A stretch of 64,000 nt of DNA. Source: Macrostomum lignano. Its lineage: Eukaryota. Position numbers and translations under genes: made by a program. The stretch is from positions 186,001 through 250,000 of the forward strand of contig NIVC01000459.1 of the NCBI GenBank assembly GCA_002269645.1. The letters run 5' to 3'. Under the pieces are notes generated by a model that was not told the DNA's origin, did no database searches, and saw only the letters and a program-made list of their open reading frames with translations. Positions 1 to 13,200 of the stretch are shown here, one piece after another (within the stretch, counting starts at the first letter, position 1; each line of letters begins with the position of its first letter).

Positions 1-2453
1 AGCTTTTCCCTCAGTAGCTTTTCCCTCAGTAGCTTTTCCCTCAGTAGCTTTTCCCTCAGTAGGTTTTTCCTCAGTAGCTTTTCCCTCAGTAGCTTTCCCT
101 TAGTAGCTTTTTCCTCAGTAGCTTTTCCCTCAGTAGCTTTCCCTTAGTAGTTTTTCCCTCAGTAGCTTTTCCCTCAGTAGCTTTCCCTCAGTAGCTTTTC
201 CCTCAGTAGCTTTCCCTCAGTAGGTTTTTCCTCAGTAGCTTTTCCCTCAGTAGCTTTCCCTTAGTAGCTTTCCCTTAGTAGCTTTTCCCTCAGTAGCTTT
301 TCCCTCAGTAGGTTTTTCCTCAGTAGCTTTTCCCTCAGTAGCTTTCCCTTAGTAGCTTTTTCCTCAGTAGCTTTTCCCTCAGTAGCTTTTCCCTCAGTAG
401 CCTTTCCCTCAGTAGCTTTCCCTTAGTAGCTTTCCCTCAGTAGCTTTTCCCTCAGTAGCTTTCCCTCAGTAGGTTTTTCCTCAGTAGCTTTTCCCTCAGT
501 AGCTTTCCCTTAGTAGCTTTTCCCTCAGTAGCTTTTCCCTCGGTAGCTTTTCCCTCAGTAGCCTTTCCCTCAGTAGCTTTTCCCTTAGTAGCTTTCCCTC
601 AGTAGCTTTTCCCTCAGTAGCTTTTTCCTCAGTAGCTTTTTCCTCAGTAGCTTTTTCCTCAGTAGCTTTTCCCTCAGTAGCTTTTTCCTCAGTAGCTTTC
701 CCTTAGTAGCTTTTCCCTCAGTAGCTTTTTCCTCAGTAGCTTTTCCCTCAGTAGCTTTTCCCTCAGTAGCTTTCCCTCAGTAGCTTTTCCCTCAGTAGCT
801 TTTCCCTCAGTAGCTTTTCCCTCAGTAGCTTTCCCTCAGTAGCTTTTCCCTCAGTAGCTTTTCCCTCAGTAGCTTTCCCTCAGTAGCTTTTCCCTCAGTA
901 GCTTTCCCTTAGTAGCTTTTCTCTCAGTAGCTTTCCCTTAGTAGCTTTTCCCTCAGTAGCTTTTCCCTCAGTAGCTTTTCCCTCAGTAGCTTTTCCCTCA
1001 GTAGCTTTTCCCTCAGTAGCTTTCCCTTAGTAGCTTTTCCCTCAGTAGCTTTTCCCTCAGTAGCTTTCCTTTCAGTAGCTTTTCCCTCAGTAGCTTTCCC
1101 TTAGTAGCTTTTCCCTCAGTAGCTTTTCCCTCAATAGCTTTCCCTCAGTAGCTTTTCCCTCAGTAGCTTTCCCTTAGTAGCTTTCCCTCAGTAGCTTTTC
1201 CCTCAGTAGCTTTTCCCTCAGTAGCTTTCCCTTAGTAGCTTTCCCTCAGTAGCTTTTCCCTCAGTAGCTTTTTCCTCAGTAGCTTTTCCCTCAGTAGCTT
1301 TTTCCTCAGTAGCTTTTTCCTCAGTAGCTTTTTCCTCAGTAGCTTTTCCCTCAGTAGCTTTTTCCTCAGTAGCTTTCCCTTAGTAGCTTTTCCCTCAGTA
1401 GCTTTTTCCTCAGTAGCTTTTCCCTCAGTAGCTTTTCCCTCAGTAGCTTTCCCTTAGTAGCTTTTCCCTCAGTAGCTTTTCCCTCAGTAGCTTTCCCTCA
1501 GTAGCTTTTCCCTCAGTAGCTTTCCCTTAGTAGCTTTTCTCTCAGTAGCTTTCCCTTAGTAGCTTTTTCCTCAGTAGCTTTTCCCTCAGTAGCTTTCCCT
1601 TAGTAGCTTTTCCCTCAGTAGCTTTCCCTCAGTAGCTTTTCCCTCAGTAGCTTTTTCCTCAGTAGCTTTCCCTTAGTAGCTTTTCCCTCAGTAGCTTTTT
1701 CCTCAGTAGCTTTTTCCTCAGTAGCTTCTCCCTCAGTAGCTTTTCCCTCAGTAGCTTTCCCTTAGTAGCTTTCCCTCAGTAGCTTTTCCCTCAGTAGCTT
1801 TTTCCTCAGTAGCTTTTCCCTCAGTAGCTTTCCCTTAGTAGCTTTTCTCTCAGTAGCTTTCCCTTAGTAGCTTTTCCCTCAGTAGCTTTTCCCTCAGTAG
1901 CTTTCCCTTAGTAGTTTTTCCCTCAGTAGCTTTTCCCTCAGTAGCTTTCCCTCAGTAGCTTTTCCCTTAGTAGCTTTTTCCTCAGTAGCTTTTTCCTCAG
2001 TAGCTTCTCCCTCAGTAGCTTTTCCCTCAGTAGCTTTCCCTCAGTAGCTTTTCCCTCAGTAGCTTTTTCCTCAGTAGCTTTTCCCTCAGTAGCTTTCCCT
2101 TAGTAGCTTTTCTCTCAGTAGCTTTCCCTTAGTAGCTTTTCCCTCAGTAGCTTTTCCCTCAGTAGCTTTCCCTTAGTAGTTTTTCCCTCAGTAGCTTTTC
2201 CCTCAGTAGCTTTCCCTCAGTAGCTTTTCCCTTAGTAGCTTTCCCTCAGTAGCTTTTCCCTCAGTACTTTCCCTTAGTAGCTTTTCCCTCAGTAGCTTTT
2301 CCCTCAGTAGCTTTCCCTCAGTAGCTTTTCCCTCAGTAGCTTTTTCCTCAGTAGCTTTCCCTTAGTAGCTTTTCCCTCAGTAGCTTTTCCCTCAGTAGCT
2401 TTCCTTTCAGTAGCTTTTTCCTTAGTAGCTTTTCCTTCAATAACTTTTCCCTC
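1..2453. repeat. 14/15-nt satellite (CAGTAGCTTTTCCCT)n, runs off the window start
   Basis: Directly visible tandem array. Confidence 0.97.
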
Positions 2454-3096
2454 TAAAAACTCACATGCAGTACTACTGTCGGCGCGTATGAGTAGCGTCT
2501 CTGCGATCTTATTCCATGCAATCAGCTTATTCTATTTCGATGAATTTCATAGCATCTTATTAATTAAAGCCATAAATTCAGCTGAACGATGGATTCTTTT
2601 CCTATCTTGTCCAGCCTGCTGAGACTGCGCTTTAAACCCTGAGCTCTTGGGTCTTACCTGCGCTATATAATTTTCCTCTTCGAATTCTTGTTGTTATAAA
2701 CTTATCCTCCCTCGGAGTGGACCCAGCTGCGGACCGCCATCCACCACCGCCTCCCGGTCATAACTGGGAGTCACTTCCAGCCTCCCTTGCCTGGCCTGTT
2801 CGTTCCTTTTGACAAGTTTTGATAAATGCTCCCGATCGAGTCGCACGCCTGATTCTCACAGCTGCAACTGGACTTGAAGGGGGTTGGCGCTTGCCCGCCC
2901 GATTGCGGAAAACTCTCTGTGGGTGAAGGAAAGACGATTTCTTAGGCCACCTGAGACCCGCGCGGCCCTGACTCTTATTCTTTGGTGTTGAAACTGATGG
3001 ATGAAGTTGGTTTTGTTTCTGCTGGCCTGAAATTGGGGCTGATTTCAGTAGGGAAGAAGCGCGTCTGGGCGTGTGGGAAATCAAGGCTTGTCTGGT

Positions 3097-3157
3097 GTCT
3101 ATCTATCTATCTATCTATCTGTCTATCTATCTGTCTATCTATCTATCTATCTATCTG

Positions 3158-3192
<35 letters not shown>

Positions 3193-3405
3193 GTCTATCT
3201 ATCTATCTGTCTATCTATCTGTCTATCTATCTATCTATCTGTCTATCTATCTATCTGTCTATCTATCTATCTATCTGTCTATCTATCTATCTATCTATCT
3301 ATCTGTCTATCTATCTGTCTATCTATCTATCTGTCTATCTATCTGTCTATCTGTCTATCTGTCTATCTATCTATCTGTTTATCTATCTATCTATCTATCT
3401 ATCTG

Positions 3406-3440
<35 letters not shown>

Positions 3441-3441
3441 G

Positions 3442-3492
<51 letters not shown>

Positions 3493-3509
3493 GTCTATCT
3501 ATCTATCTG

Positions 3510-3576
<67 letters not shown>

Positions 3577-3605
3577 GTCTATCTATCTATCTATCTATCT
3601 ATCTG

Positions 3606-3641
<36 letters not shown>

Positions 3642-3667
3642 ACTATCTATCTATTCATCTATCTATC
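3097..3667. repeat. (TATC/TGTC)n GATA/GACA microsatellite
   Basis: Directly visible. Confidence 0.97.
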
Positions 3668-3769
3668 CGTGTATGCTAGGGCTACTGGGGCAGCAATCAG
3701 TGCCTGCATGTTTAATCCTTAATGCAGGATTTTATTTATTCGATCTGCCGAATCGATTAGCCAGAGCTT

Positions 3770-3995
3770 ACAGATGAGATGGAAAAGTGGTTCCGGATGG
3801 CCTTGCATTGGAGGGTGGGTTGACAACAAGGAGCTGCTAATGAGGCTCTCTGCTAGAGTCCTCAGCAGAAAGCGGCAGAGGGGAAGAGAAGACAAGAAGA
3901 GGATCTTGAATGCTGGTGCCTGGGTCTTCTGGGCTGATCAGAATCTGGAGTGGAAACTATTGAGTACTGCTGGATCCCAGATTCTTGAAGAGAAC
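3770..3995 (-). mobile_element. Possible degenerate RTE-type LINE fragment
   Basis: Minus-strand frames give FKNLGS...AFKIL...LLRTLAESL, loosely resembling the RT thumb FKYLGS...AF...LFRAxVES; frameshifted. Confidence 0.25.
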
Positions 3996-4905
3996 GGTTA
4001 CTACTAGCGGGGGCGTATGTAGCATTTCTCCCCGGGGGGGGGGTCATCTGCCCACCTTGACCCCCTGGCTTGGCCATAAAACAGTAGACAGGGACAGTTG
4101 AATTAATTATTACTTTTTCAATGCCACTAATTTCATTGTAAATATTCAGGTTTAAATATTGTAGTGTTTAGTGTGTGCGATGGACATAAAGTTTCCCTTT
4201 AACACTCCATGGTCAGTCCGTCCGTCTGTCCGTCAGCTTTTTCTTCACGTCTATACTTTCCTCCCAAAAAGAGTAGACACAGGCTGAGATGTGCGTTCAA
4301 GAACGTCGAGATATTCAACTCAGCACTGGAGACAGCATCAGCTTCATCGTCAGCCTCAGTCTGCGCCCCCCCGCTGCTCAACTTGAGCCCAGAGAACTCA
4401 CTGGGCCGTGTGTTGCTCGTTTTCGGCTTGTGGTGGGAGGAGAATTATCCCCGAGCTCTCGTCTCTTCTGGTGCATCGTCGCAGCCACCCCAATTTAAAA
4501 TTCCACTCCGGAAGCGGGCATGCGGCCCATGCAGTGAGTTTTGTGCGCGGGGGATTTTTTCCCTATCCGCTTGACCGATCCGCTAGCTCGGCGGGGCTAT
4601 ATATTCGAGCTGTAAATCCTGTCACCGGATGAGGCTTGCTGTTGGGAGAGAGAGAAATAGATGAGGATCGAAATCCTGTCGGAAAGGATAAGGTGGCCAG
4701 CGCCAGTGTCCCTTCCCCCAATCTTCCCCACTGCTCCCCTCTTTCCTGAAAACAAAGGCTGTAATTATGTCACTTTGCGATGGCTGGCGGCTCCCCCCCG
4801 GGCCAGGGACGCCTCAAGTTAGGAGTCTGGAAGTGAGCATTTCCACACTGAGCTGGCCACACTGAGAACTAGCAATCTGCGCATGTAGGTTTTGACCTTG
4901 TACAG

Positions 4906-5130
4906 CAGGGGTCGGCAATCTCCGGCACACGAAGCCTCTCTATCCGGCCCTCGGGTCCTTTTAAACTTCACAATAGCAATCCGGCCTGCTCAGGGTTTTT
5001 GTCTCTTCTCAGCTCCCTTCTCTCTAATCTCCTCTCCTCTCTCTTCTCTCCTCTCTTCTCTCTTCTTTATTCTCTCGCCTTTCCTTTCTCCTATCTCTCT
5101 TTCCTCTCCTCTCCTCCTCCTCTGGCCCGC
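4906..5130 (+). mobile_element. hAT-like MITE, left part (CAGGGGTCGGCAA terminus, CT-rich interior)
   Basis: Typical hAT-MITE end; internal TCCGGCCCTCGGGTCCTTTTAA...CAATCCGGCC is homologous to the 15600 region. Confidence 0.5.
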
Positions 5131-5962
5131 AGTCATGCTGCTCAACTTTATGATTAATATTTTCAACTCTATTAATCATAATAGAATAGATGTTTCATTG
5201 TCAGCAAATTGGGAAGTTATGGATTGAGCCTGTTATGCAATCCAGATACTCGCTAACTAAGCACTCCCTGTCCTGAGGATGGGGGGGAGTGAAGTGTGGA
5301 GGGCCCGGTGTGGGGTGCTGGAATGATGAAATATCAACAGGGGCCTTTCCGCGTGAGGAGCGGAAATGGGCTTTCGAATTCTCGATCTCATGCAGTTGGT
5401 CCTCTTTGTGCGGCAAAGTCATCCTGCAGCCCCCCCCCCCCCCTCCATTCCCATATTGTCCGAGCTATAGTATTTGAGCTCGATAAAGATAACCAGCAGC
5501 AAGCAAGCAAATGGGATTAGGAGAAGTTGAAATTTTATCTGGATCGATTTTCAGTTATCTATACTCGAAATCGCTGTTCTTCTATCAAAGTGGAATTGCA
5601 CCGCAGTTAATCATCGTTCTTTATCTGAAATCATCGAATGAATAATCGCTTTTTTCGAAAATATTCTTTTGAAGATTGTTTCTTCTGAAACTATAATAAA
5701 TAAAATTGAACGAAAAAACTTTATGAAGGCTGGATTTGTTTTACTACTTTTCGACCCTGGACAAAAGGCTGCAACTAGAAATGGGTTGCATGAATGCTGA
5801 TTTGTACTGAATGTAAATGAACTGTACATTGATTGGATTGATTTCGGCGCTTAAACTGATACCCCTTTGTGCTAAAAACTGAACGAATTAATCGACTCCG
5901 AAATTCGCTGTCGGTTGGCTGTTCATAAAAGAAAACAAAATACCTGCGACGCACGACACGAT

Positions 5963-6250
5963 GGGGAAACGTAGCCCAGTGGTCTGGCGCAACCCTCTGA
6001 AGTGCCAGCGGCCCGGGCTCGATTCCTAAACAGTCACATTAATTTGGGGCTGAATTGGAATCTCGGCTTGGCTCTGCTCGCGCAATTAACGCCCTTCAGG
6101 GGCCAACCCCCAATGCACAGTGAAGTGTACATACCTAACGATAAATAAAGTTAGGGCCGCTGTGCACTCCTGTGTGAGTGCGTGCCTGTGCGTATGACTG
6201 CGTACGTATCCGCGCGCTTGTGTGCCTGGTCAGAGGAGTCGGCAAAATGG
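5963..6250 (+). mobile_element. tRNA-derived SINE-like element
   Basis: Pol III A box TAGCCCAGTGG (5972-5982) and B box GGCTCGATTCC (6016-6026) at tRNA spacing, no complete cloverleaf, TG-rich tail; the 3' boundary is approximate. Confidence 0.55.
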
Positions 6251-6984
6251 GCAGCAATGCCTCTCGCCGGTTGTGTGACAATGTCGCTTAAAGTGCGCCA
6301 GGGTGCACACAGGCCCCTGCCTCTACTAAAAAGTCACTGGACGGGAAGCGTCAGCGTCCAGATCTGTGGATTATAATGCAGGTCGGTCTCAAACACCGTC
6401 TGTAACAACGTCGCCTTCTGGCGGTCAGGTAGGACCTCGGACTGCGGGACTGCCCTCGCAGATCGAAAGGACCGCCGAGGTAGACGATCTGCCGACATCG
6501 CGGAAGTTGCGTCGCTTGGCTCGGCACGAAATATTGTGTACTGTGAAACATACGGCTGTAAGCGGAGACTTTAATAATGTATAAAAATATCTTTTTGATG
6601 GAATTCCCACAGCTTTTGGAAACTGAAGGCGTCAATTAAAATATCAGCTTTCTCACCTTTCATCGATAGCTTTCATGCTTTCTGTCTTCAATTTTTATGC
6701 TCTCTATCGGCAAAAAAGTATCCAATTGCTTTGGGAAGTGTAATGTACGTGTGCTCAAAATCTCTGAACAGCAGCCATGCACTTTCTTCGCTGTATAAAA
6801 AATCTTATCTGATCGAATCTTTAAGTTCTTGGGCGTGCTTAGTTTTTACCGTTTCGATGGATGTCTAGGCTGGGGATAACAAGTTAGCTTGTTGAATTCG
6901 AGTAAAAAGCTTATGCTTGTGACACCAGATTGGCACGGCCCTTGGCATCAGTTTAGCGTCTGACGCTAGTCATGGCTTACCCTG

Positions 6985-8626
6985 ACGCAAATTTGGCGCC
7001 AATGGTTTTTAATTTTGGCGCCACAGATTCTAATTTGGTGCCACTGATTTGAGCTTGGCGCCACTGATTCTAATTTGGCACCAATGGTTTCTAATTTGAC
7101 GCCACTATTCTAATTTGACGCCACTGATTCTAATTTGACGCCACTGGTTTCTAATTTGGCGCCACTATTCTAATTTGACGCCACTGATTCTAATTTGACG
7201 CCACTGATTCTAATTTGGCGCCACTATTCTAATTTGACGCCACTGATTCTAATTTGACGCCACTGGTTTCTAATTTGGCGCTACTATTCTAATTTGACGC
7301 CACTGTTCTAATTTGACGCCACTGGTTTCTAATTTGGCGCCACTGATTCTAATTTGGCGCCACTATTCTAATTTGGCGCCACTATTCTAATTTGGCGCTA
7401 CAGATTCTAATTTGGCACCACTGGTTTTTAATCTGGTGCCACTGGTTTCTAATTTGACGCCACTGATTCTAATTTGGCGCCACTGTTCTCTTATTTGGCG
7501 CCACTGTTCTCTAATTTGGCGCCACTGATTCTAATTTGGCACCACTGATTCTAATTTGGCACCAATGGTTTCTAATTTGGCGCCACTGATTCTAATTTGG
7601 CGCCACTATTCTAATTTGGCGCCACTATTCTAATTTGGCACCAATGGTTTCTAATTTGGCGCCACTGGTTTCTAATTTGGCGCCACTGGTTTCTAATTTG
7701 ACGCCACTGATTCTAATTTGGCGCCACTGTTCTCTTATTTGGCGCCACTGTTCTCTAATTTGGCGCCACTGATTCTAATTTGGCACCACTGATTCTAATT
7801 TGGCACCACTGATTCTAATTTGGCACCAATGGTTTCTAATTTGACGGCACTGATTCTAATTTGACGCCACTGATTCTAATTTGGCACCACTGATTCTAAT
7901 TTGGCGCTACAGATTCTAATTTGGCGCCACTGATTCTAATTTGGCGCCACTATTCTAATTTGGCGCCACTATTCTAATTCGGTGCCACTGGTTTCTTATT
8001 TGGCGCCACTGGTTTCTAATTTGGCGCCACTGGTTTCTAATTTGACGCGACTGATTCTAATTTGGCGCCACTGTTCTCTTATTTGGCGCCACTGTTCTCT
8101 AATTTGGCGCCACTGATTCTAATTTGGCACCACTGATTCTAATTTGGCACCACTGATTCTAATTTGGCACCAATGGTTTCTAATTTGACGCCACTGATTC
8201 TAATTTGGCGCCACTGATTCTAATTTGGCACCAATGGTTTCTAATTTGACGCCACTGGTTTCTTATTTGGCGCCACTGGTTTCTAATCTGGCGCCACTGG
8301 GTTCTAATTTGACGCCACTATTCTAATTCGGTGCCACTGGTTTCTTATTTGACGCCACTGATTCTAATTTGGCGCCACTGTTCTCTTATTTGGCGCCACT
8401 GTTCTCTTATTTGGCGCCACTGTTCTCTAATTTGACGCCACTGATTCTAATTTGACGCCACTGATTCTAATTTGGCGCCACTGTTCTCTAATTTGGCGCC
8501 ACTGATTCTAATTTGACGCCACTGATTCTAATTTGGCGCCACTGTTCTCTAATTTGGCGCCACTGATTCTAATTTGGCGCCACTGTTCTCTAATTTGGCG
8601 CCACTGATTCGAGCTTGGCGCCCCTG
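6985..8626. repeat. ~19-21-nt minisatellite (TTCTAATTTGGCGCCACTGA)n ending in GCGCCCCTG
   Basis: Directly visible; contains TTTGGCGC in many units. Confidence 0.95.
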
Positions 8627-9611
8627 ACTCCAGTCGCATGGAAGTCGCAAAGAAAATAAAAGCAGAAATAAACAGAAGCAATTTAAATACGACAATATTT
8701 AATTAGAATAGAGTTTAACAATACAGGTTTGCTTAAAAATTGCATTGCATTTATGCAGCTGTGCATCAAAATCTTGCTTATTTAGCTAATAGACTTCTTA
8801 CTAGCGTATTTAGCGGTGCGCCAATGGGCCAAAAACTCCAGCAGAGTCGGTGCAATCAGAGACGCTGAGTCTGTTTATCTAGGCAAGGGGTACACTCAAT
8901 CAAGACAATAGGCTATATCCCTATACGAAATTTTAAACGACGCACCGATTATAACAACAGATTATAACAAATAACACTCGTATTTTTTTAAACTTTGCCG
9001 GTGCAAACGACAATAAAACATCGCGAAGCGGTGCAGGACGCTGGTGATCGGGTTGTAAATCTATTTATATGAGCATCATGGCGGCTCGTTGCTTGTTATT
9101 AAAGTAGAAAGCGTTAGCTTCCTATGCTTGTTTTTTAATGTTTTAACCAGCATTTGTTTTCAATTGAAAGCCTAACTCTATAAGCATTGACGAGATGGTA
9201 TTTAGAATGCTAAGATGCCATCAAATTAGTGCTTTCCAACTCTCGCCATGCAGAGCATTTCCAAGTCAAGCTATATTCATTCAAGTTGCTGTTAGCTTGG
9301 TGCGCGTGCATCGGCCGTTGAAGCATTGCAAAACGCTGCAGACTCCAGGTTAGAAAAAATACAAACAAACAAACAAACAAACAAAGCAATTGTTTTTGGT
9401 TAGTTGGTCAGTTAGGTGCAGCCTCCGCAGCTGCTGCAGCTGGGCATGTACTGTATGGGGCTGGCCAGGGACCACTGCAGTCATGGTAAGGACTCTGAGG
9501 CGGGCCAGCTCAGGCCAGTTCGTATCCGCCTGGACCCCAGGTTTGGGGGAGCCACTTCCATATCTGCAGTGGTCCCATGGGCTTGGCTTGGGCGCGCTGG
9601 GGGGCGGTGGA

Positions 9612-10226
9612 CTAGCATTGCTGATAGTTGTACATTCCCGGCATCTGGGCCTGGTAGTTGTACCAGTACGGGTTGCTGGGATATCCGTAGCTGTTGGGAT
9701 TTGCCGCGCGATGCTGTTGCTGCTGGAGCTGCTGCTGCTGCTGCTGCTGGTGATGGTGAGGCTGCTGCAGCTGGTGGTGCGGCGGCAGCGGCTGGCCATA
9801 GCCGTGCGCTGTGGCTGCGGCCGCTTCCATCTCCTCGGGGCTCCAGGAACCGAAGGCGGCAGCGGCCGCCGCAGCTGCAGCGGCAGCAGCCGCCGCGGCC
9901 GTCTGGCTGTCAACAGGGTGCTGCTGTAGCTGTTGCTGCTGAATCTGCTGATGTTGCAACAGCTGCGACTGATGATGCTGGTGCAGCTGCTGATGAAGCT
10001 GATGATGATGCTGTTGCTGCTGCTGGTGATGATGAGCGCCGGGAGAGTCGCTGTCGTGTCCAGTGACTCCAGTCGAGGGGCAACGCCCGGCGCCCGCCGG
10101 AGAGCCGTGCTGGCCGTGACCTCTGGGCGCCCCGATGCCAGCGTTGCACGCCGCCTCCAGAGCGGCCGCCGCGGCGGAGTCCGCCTCCGACGGGCTGACG
10201 GCTTCGTCTTTCATTTGGCCGGCGGG
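9612..10226 (-). CDS. Dlx: Dlx exon 4 (C-terminal Q/H/A-rich region)
   Basis: aatcttgcag|[12 protein letters not shown]...[20 protein letters not shown], phase 0 matching exon 3. Confidence 0.85.
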   Translation of the reverse strand, partial: PAGQMKDEAVSPSEADSAAAAALEAACNAGIGAPRGHGQHGSPAGAGRCPSTGVTGHDSDSPGAHHHQQQQQHHHQLHQQLHQHHQSQLLQHQQIQQQQLQQHPVDSQTAAAAAAAAAAAAAAAFGSWSPEEMEAAAATAHGYGQPLPPHHQLQQPHHHQQQQQQQLQQQQHRAANPNSYGYPSNPYWYNYQAQMPGMYNYQQC

Positions 10227-13200
10227 CTGCAAGATTGGGGAGTGCGGATCCCGGATGGATCGGTTGATCAATGTCTTTTCCGCTGCCTGACTAGCCCGCT
10301 CAAGTTTTGTGTCTCTTCTCAGCTCTCGTCTTTCCTCTCATCTGACCCCCAGCCATGAGCTGGGTTCTTTATCTGACCCTTGAGCAGCTCAGCGGTAAAT
10401 CCGTCTGACCCCCCGAAAGCGAAGGGTGCCCAACCCACAACCCACAATATTTTTATAGATGGTGGGGGACTAAGGTCTCTGAGAGATCAGTAAATTGAAT
10501 GAACAATCGATCCGCAGCCTCACCTCTCTGTCTTCCTCGTCCTCTTCATCGTCATCAGCGTTCATGGCGCTGACCAGCTGCTGAGGATCGTGACCTTGCT
10601 TGAGCAGCTTCTTGTACTTTGATCGGCGGTTTTGGAACCATATTTTTACCTGAGAATGATGGGTAATATATATTTTGTGTAGCATAGTTTTTTGAGAGTG
10701 GTTCTGGAGGTGGTATTTGAGGGCGGCATTTGAGGGCGGTCTGGGGGCGGTATTTGAGGGCGGTCTGGGGGCGGTATTTGAGGGCGGTCTGGGGGCGGTA
10801 TTTGAGGGCGGTTCTGGGGGCGGTATTTGAGGGCGGGCTGTTTTCTACGAAGCCGGTCGAATAGCAATTTTTCATGTTTCCCAGCAATTCAGGGCCCAGG
10901 CTAGCTAGCTAAATAGCAAAAGGAAAGAAAGAAAGAAGAGACAAGAAGGCAGTCATTCGAACCTGTCTGAGACCAATTTTCTTAACTCGAATTGGAAAAA
11001 GCAAACGCATAAAAATAGGCATAGAGATACCAGTCGCAGCAAAGTGAAAGTTCCATGTGCTTTATAATTATCCATGCACGATTGAAGTTAACAAACTAAT
11101 CTGCTATTCATCTAACTGGGTGCGCAAATTAGCCCGGGATGACAGCTACAACAGCAGAATTAATGAGAAACTATAATTTCTGCCTGTCGCACCGGCACTC
11201 AGCACAAAATCTCTGCAAGCAGACGGAAGGGTCTTGAAAAAAGAAGAGTTTTGGTGACACAATGCTCGGCGCCCACTTCAGCCTCCACAGGTGAGCTAGT
11301 TTTGTAGAAATTCATTTCCAGTATCTTAAAACAAGAGTTGCCTCTCGTATTGGTCTAATAATGTTTCCTCTCCAGCTCGACATGCAGGTGACACTGTGTC
11401 GCCGTGAACTACCTCCCGCCCGCCTTCAGCGAGCAACTACACTTAGGGCCCCAGGTGGGCGGGCAAATTCATTGGCTGACTAAGGTGGCTAGCCACTAAC
11501 CGGCGGCTGGGTGGTGGTAATTACACGCCTACTCATGATTGACAGAAGCCCATTCACCTCGGTGGCCCTTCAGGGCTGCTGCTTCTACACGGCACTTGTC
11601 CAGTTGCTGTGCGACTCTCCTATACAAGTCTGTCTATCTATATCTCTGTGTCTGGCTTATTCTTCCCTTTGAGGCTTGCGTGCAGCAGCAGCAGCAGCAG
11701 CCGGTGACGCCGCTCTGTCTGGCTCTCCGCGGGGGCGGGGCTGCCCACAAGCCAGCTTGGAGAAGGCGCTGCTCTCCGACAAGTATTTCTGTCTCCGGGG
11801 GAGGACTGCTTGCGAATATTAGCTAGCTATATGAGCACAATTTAACAGATTATTTCTTCCTTGAAAATGTGAGCTCTTGGATTGAGTCTTCATCTATGAG
11901 TACAGTGTCTGCTCAGCATTAGGCCCCTGCTATTGTTAAGTGAGACTCATTATAGGATTTGAGGATCTTCGAGCGGGACTCGATGGAGAGTCGGGACTAT
12001 TGGATGTTTCAATGACGGGAGATTAAGAAGTTAAATAACACAAGCGCGTATGTTTCCATTGAGGACAATGAATCCTTTTCACCTGCCGAACTGTTGTCTG
12101 TCTTCCTACTTTACAGGGCGATGTGGTGAGCGAGTGCGAACCCTACCTTTACCTGCCTATAGTGTCTGCAGCCGCCAGGACTCAACCCTGCTCAATGCGT
12201 CTCCATAAAACCCCGCGCGCCTGCTCACGTCATACACATACACGCTGACTGGAGAAAGTCGAGCGCGCTTAATAACAGGGGACGGCGGGTCTTTGGTTCT
12301 TCTACTTGCCCCTTGAGCGCAGCTGCCTTTTTCTCCTTTTTGCGCTAAAAAACCGACAGGATGAGCTGAGATTCGGCAAGACCAAGGAACTCTGTCCCCA
12401 CCCCGATTGCCTGTAATTACTCCTTTCCGCTGTGTTCACCTGCGCCCCAGAATCCTCCCGTGCAGCTGCCGCTGTGCCCCTGCGGCCCTTTCAGTTTTTC
12501 TTCGTTTTTTCTTTTTAAAGCATCCAGCGCAGCGACTCTGTGGAACAATAATTTCGGACTCGACGACATCAAGGAATAAAGAAGCGCGGGTCCTGAACCA
12601 ATGCGACCCTTTGCCCACCTGCTCTACTAAGATCTGCATAAAGAGAATTTCAGGGTAAACAGCCTGTGGTTCGTCTCTGACTCTAACAGCGCTCCTGAGT
12701 AGGCTTTCTTTTCCATTTTGCAACAACATTCGGTCCTTGTTCTTGGCCTTCTCTCTCCCCGCATATTGAATCGTCATCGATATATACCTAATTCAGGTGC
12801 CTTGGGCAGGTGCAGGACTGCCAGATTAGCAACTGTAGCAATTGTTGCGGCGAGGCCATGGCTTCCTGGCCTCGGGCATCGCTTGCGATCCAATTCCACA
12901 ACTGAGCATCTTACATCTATTTCCAGATTCGATTTTTATCAATACTTCATGCTGGTGAAACTTATTTCTAAGAAAATTTTTATAAGGGTTAAAAGCGCGC
13001 TTTGATAATCCAACTTGAAAACTTGTCACGCAGAAACTTGCTCTGTTCCTGAATGGTGCTGTTAAGTAAAACCAAATTCTTTTCATATCTGTAGTGAAGG
13101 TCAGCCTTCTCCTCTCTCCCTTGGCCACGGAGGTTGTCCTTCTCCCCTCTCCCTTGGCCACGGAGGTTGTCCTTCTCCCCTCTCCCTTGGCCACGGAGGT

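Noticed and set aside
1-2453. Terminal satellite as a telomeric repeat
   Set aside because: The unit is 14-15 nt and neither strand is TTAGGG/TTAGG; it sits at the window edge only by windowing
2982-3722. Long ORFs (246, 202, 189 aa) of YLSI repeats, and similar ones at 21282-21725
   Set aside because: Stop-free translations of (TATC)n microsatellites
5963-6030. Functional tRNA gene
   Set aside because: A and B boxes are present, but I could not fold an acceptor stem or anticodon arm, and there is no T-run terminator; a SINE is the better explanation
6350-6960. Short ORFs as a transposase or host-gene fragment
   Set aside because: No recognisable motif in any frame I translated
10227-10289. 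Alternative in-frame Dlx exon 4 acceptor at gtcag (10287)
   Set aside because: Purine-rich upstream context; the acceptor at 10227 has a better pyrimidine context
9350-10358. Overlapping or antisense ORFs over Dlx exon 4, including an SPWD motif in a shifted frame
   Set aside because: Explained by CAG/GCN-rich codons lacking stops. The main frame already has Trp motifs and a clean stop; a homopolymer indel at the C6 run (~9599-9604) cannot be excluded but is unsupported
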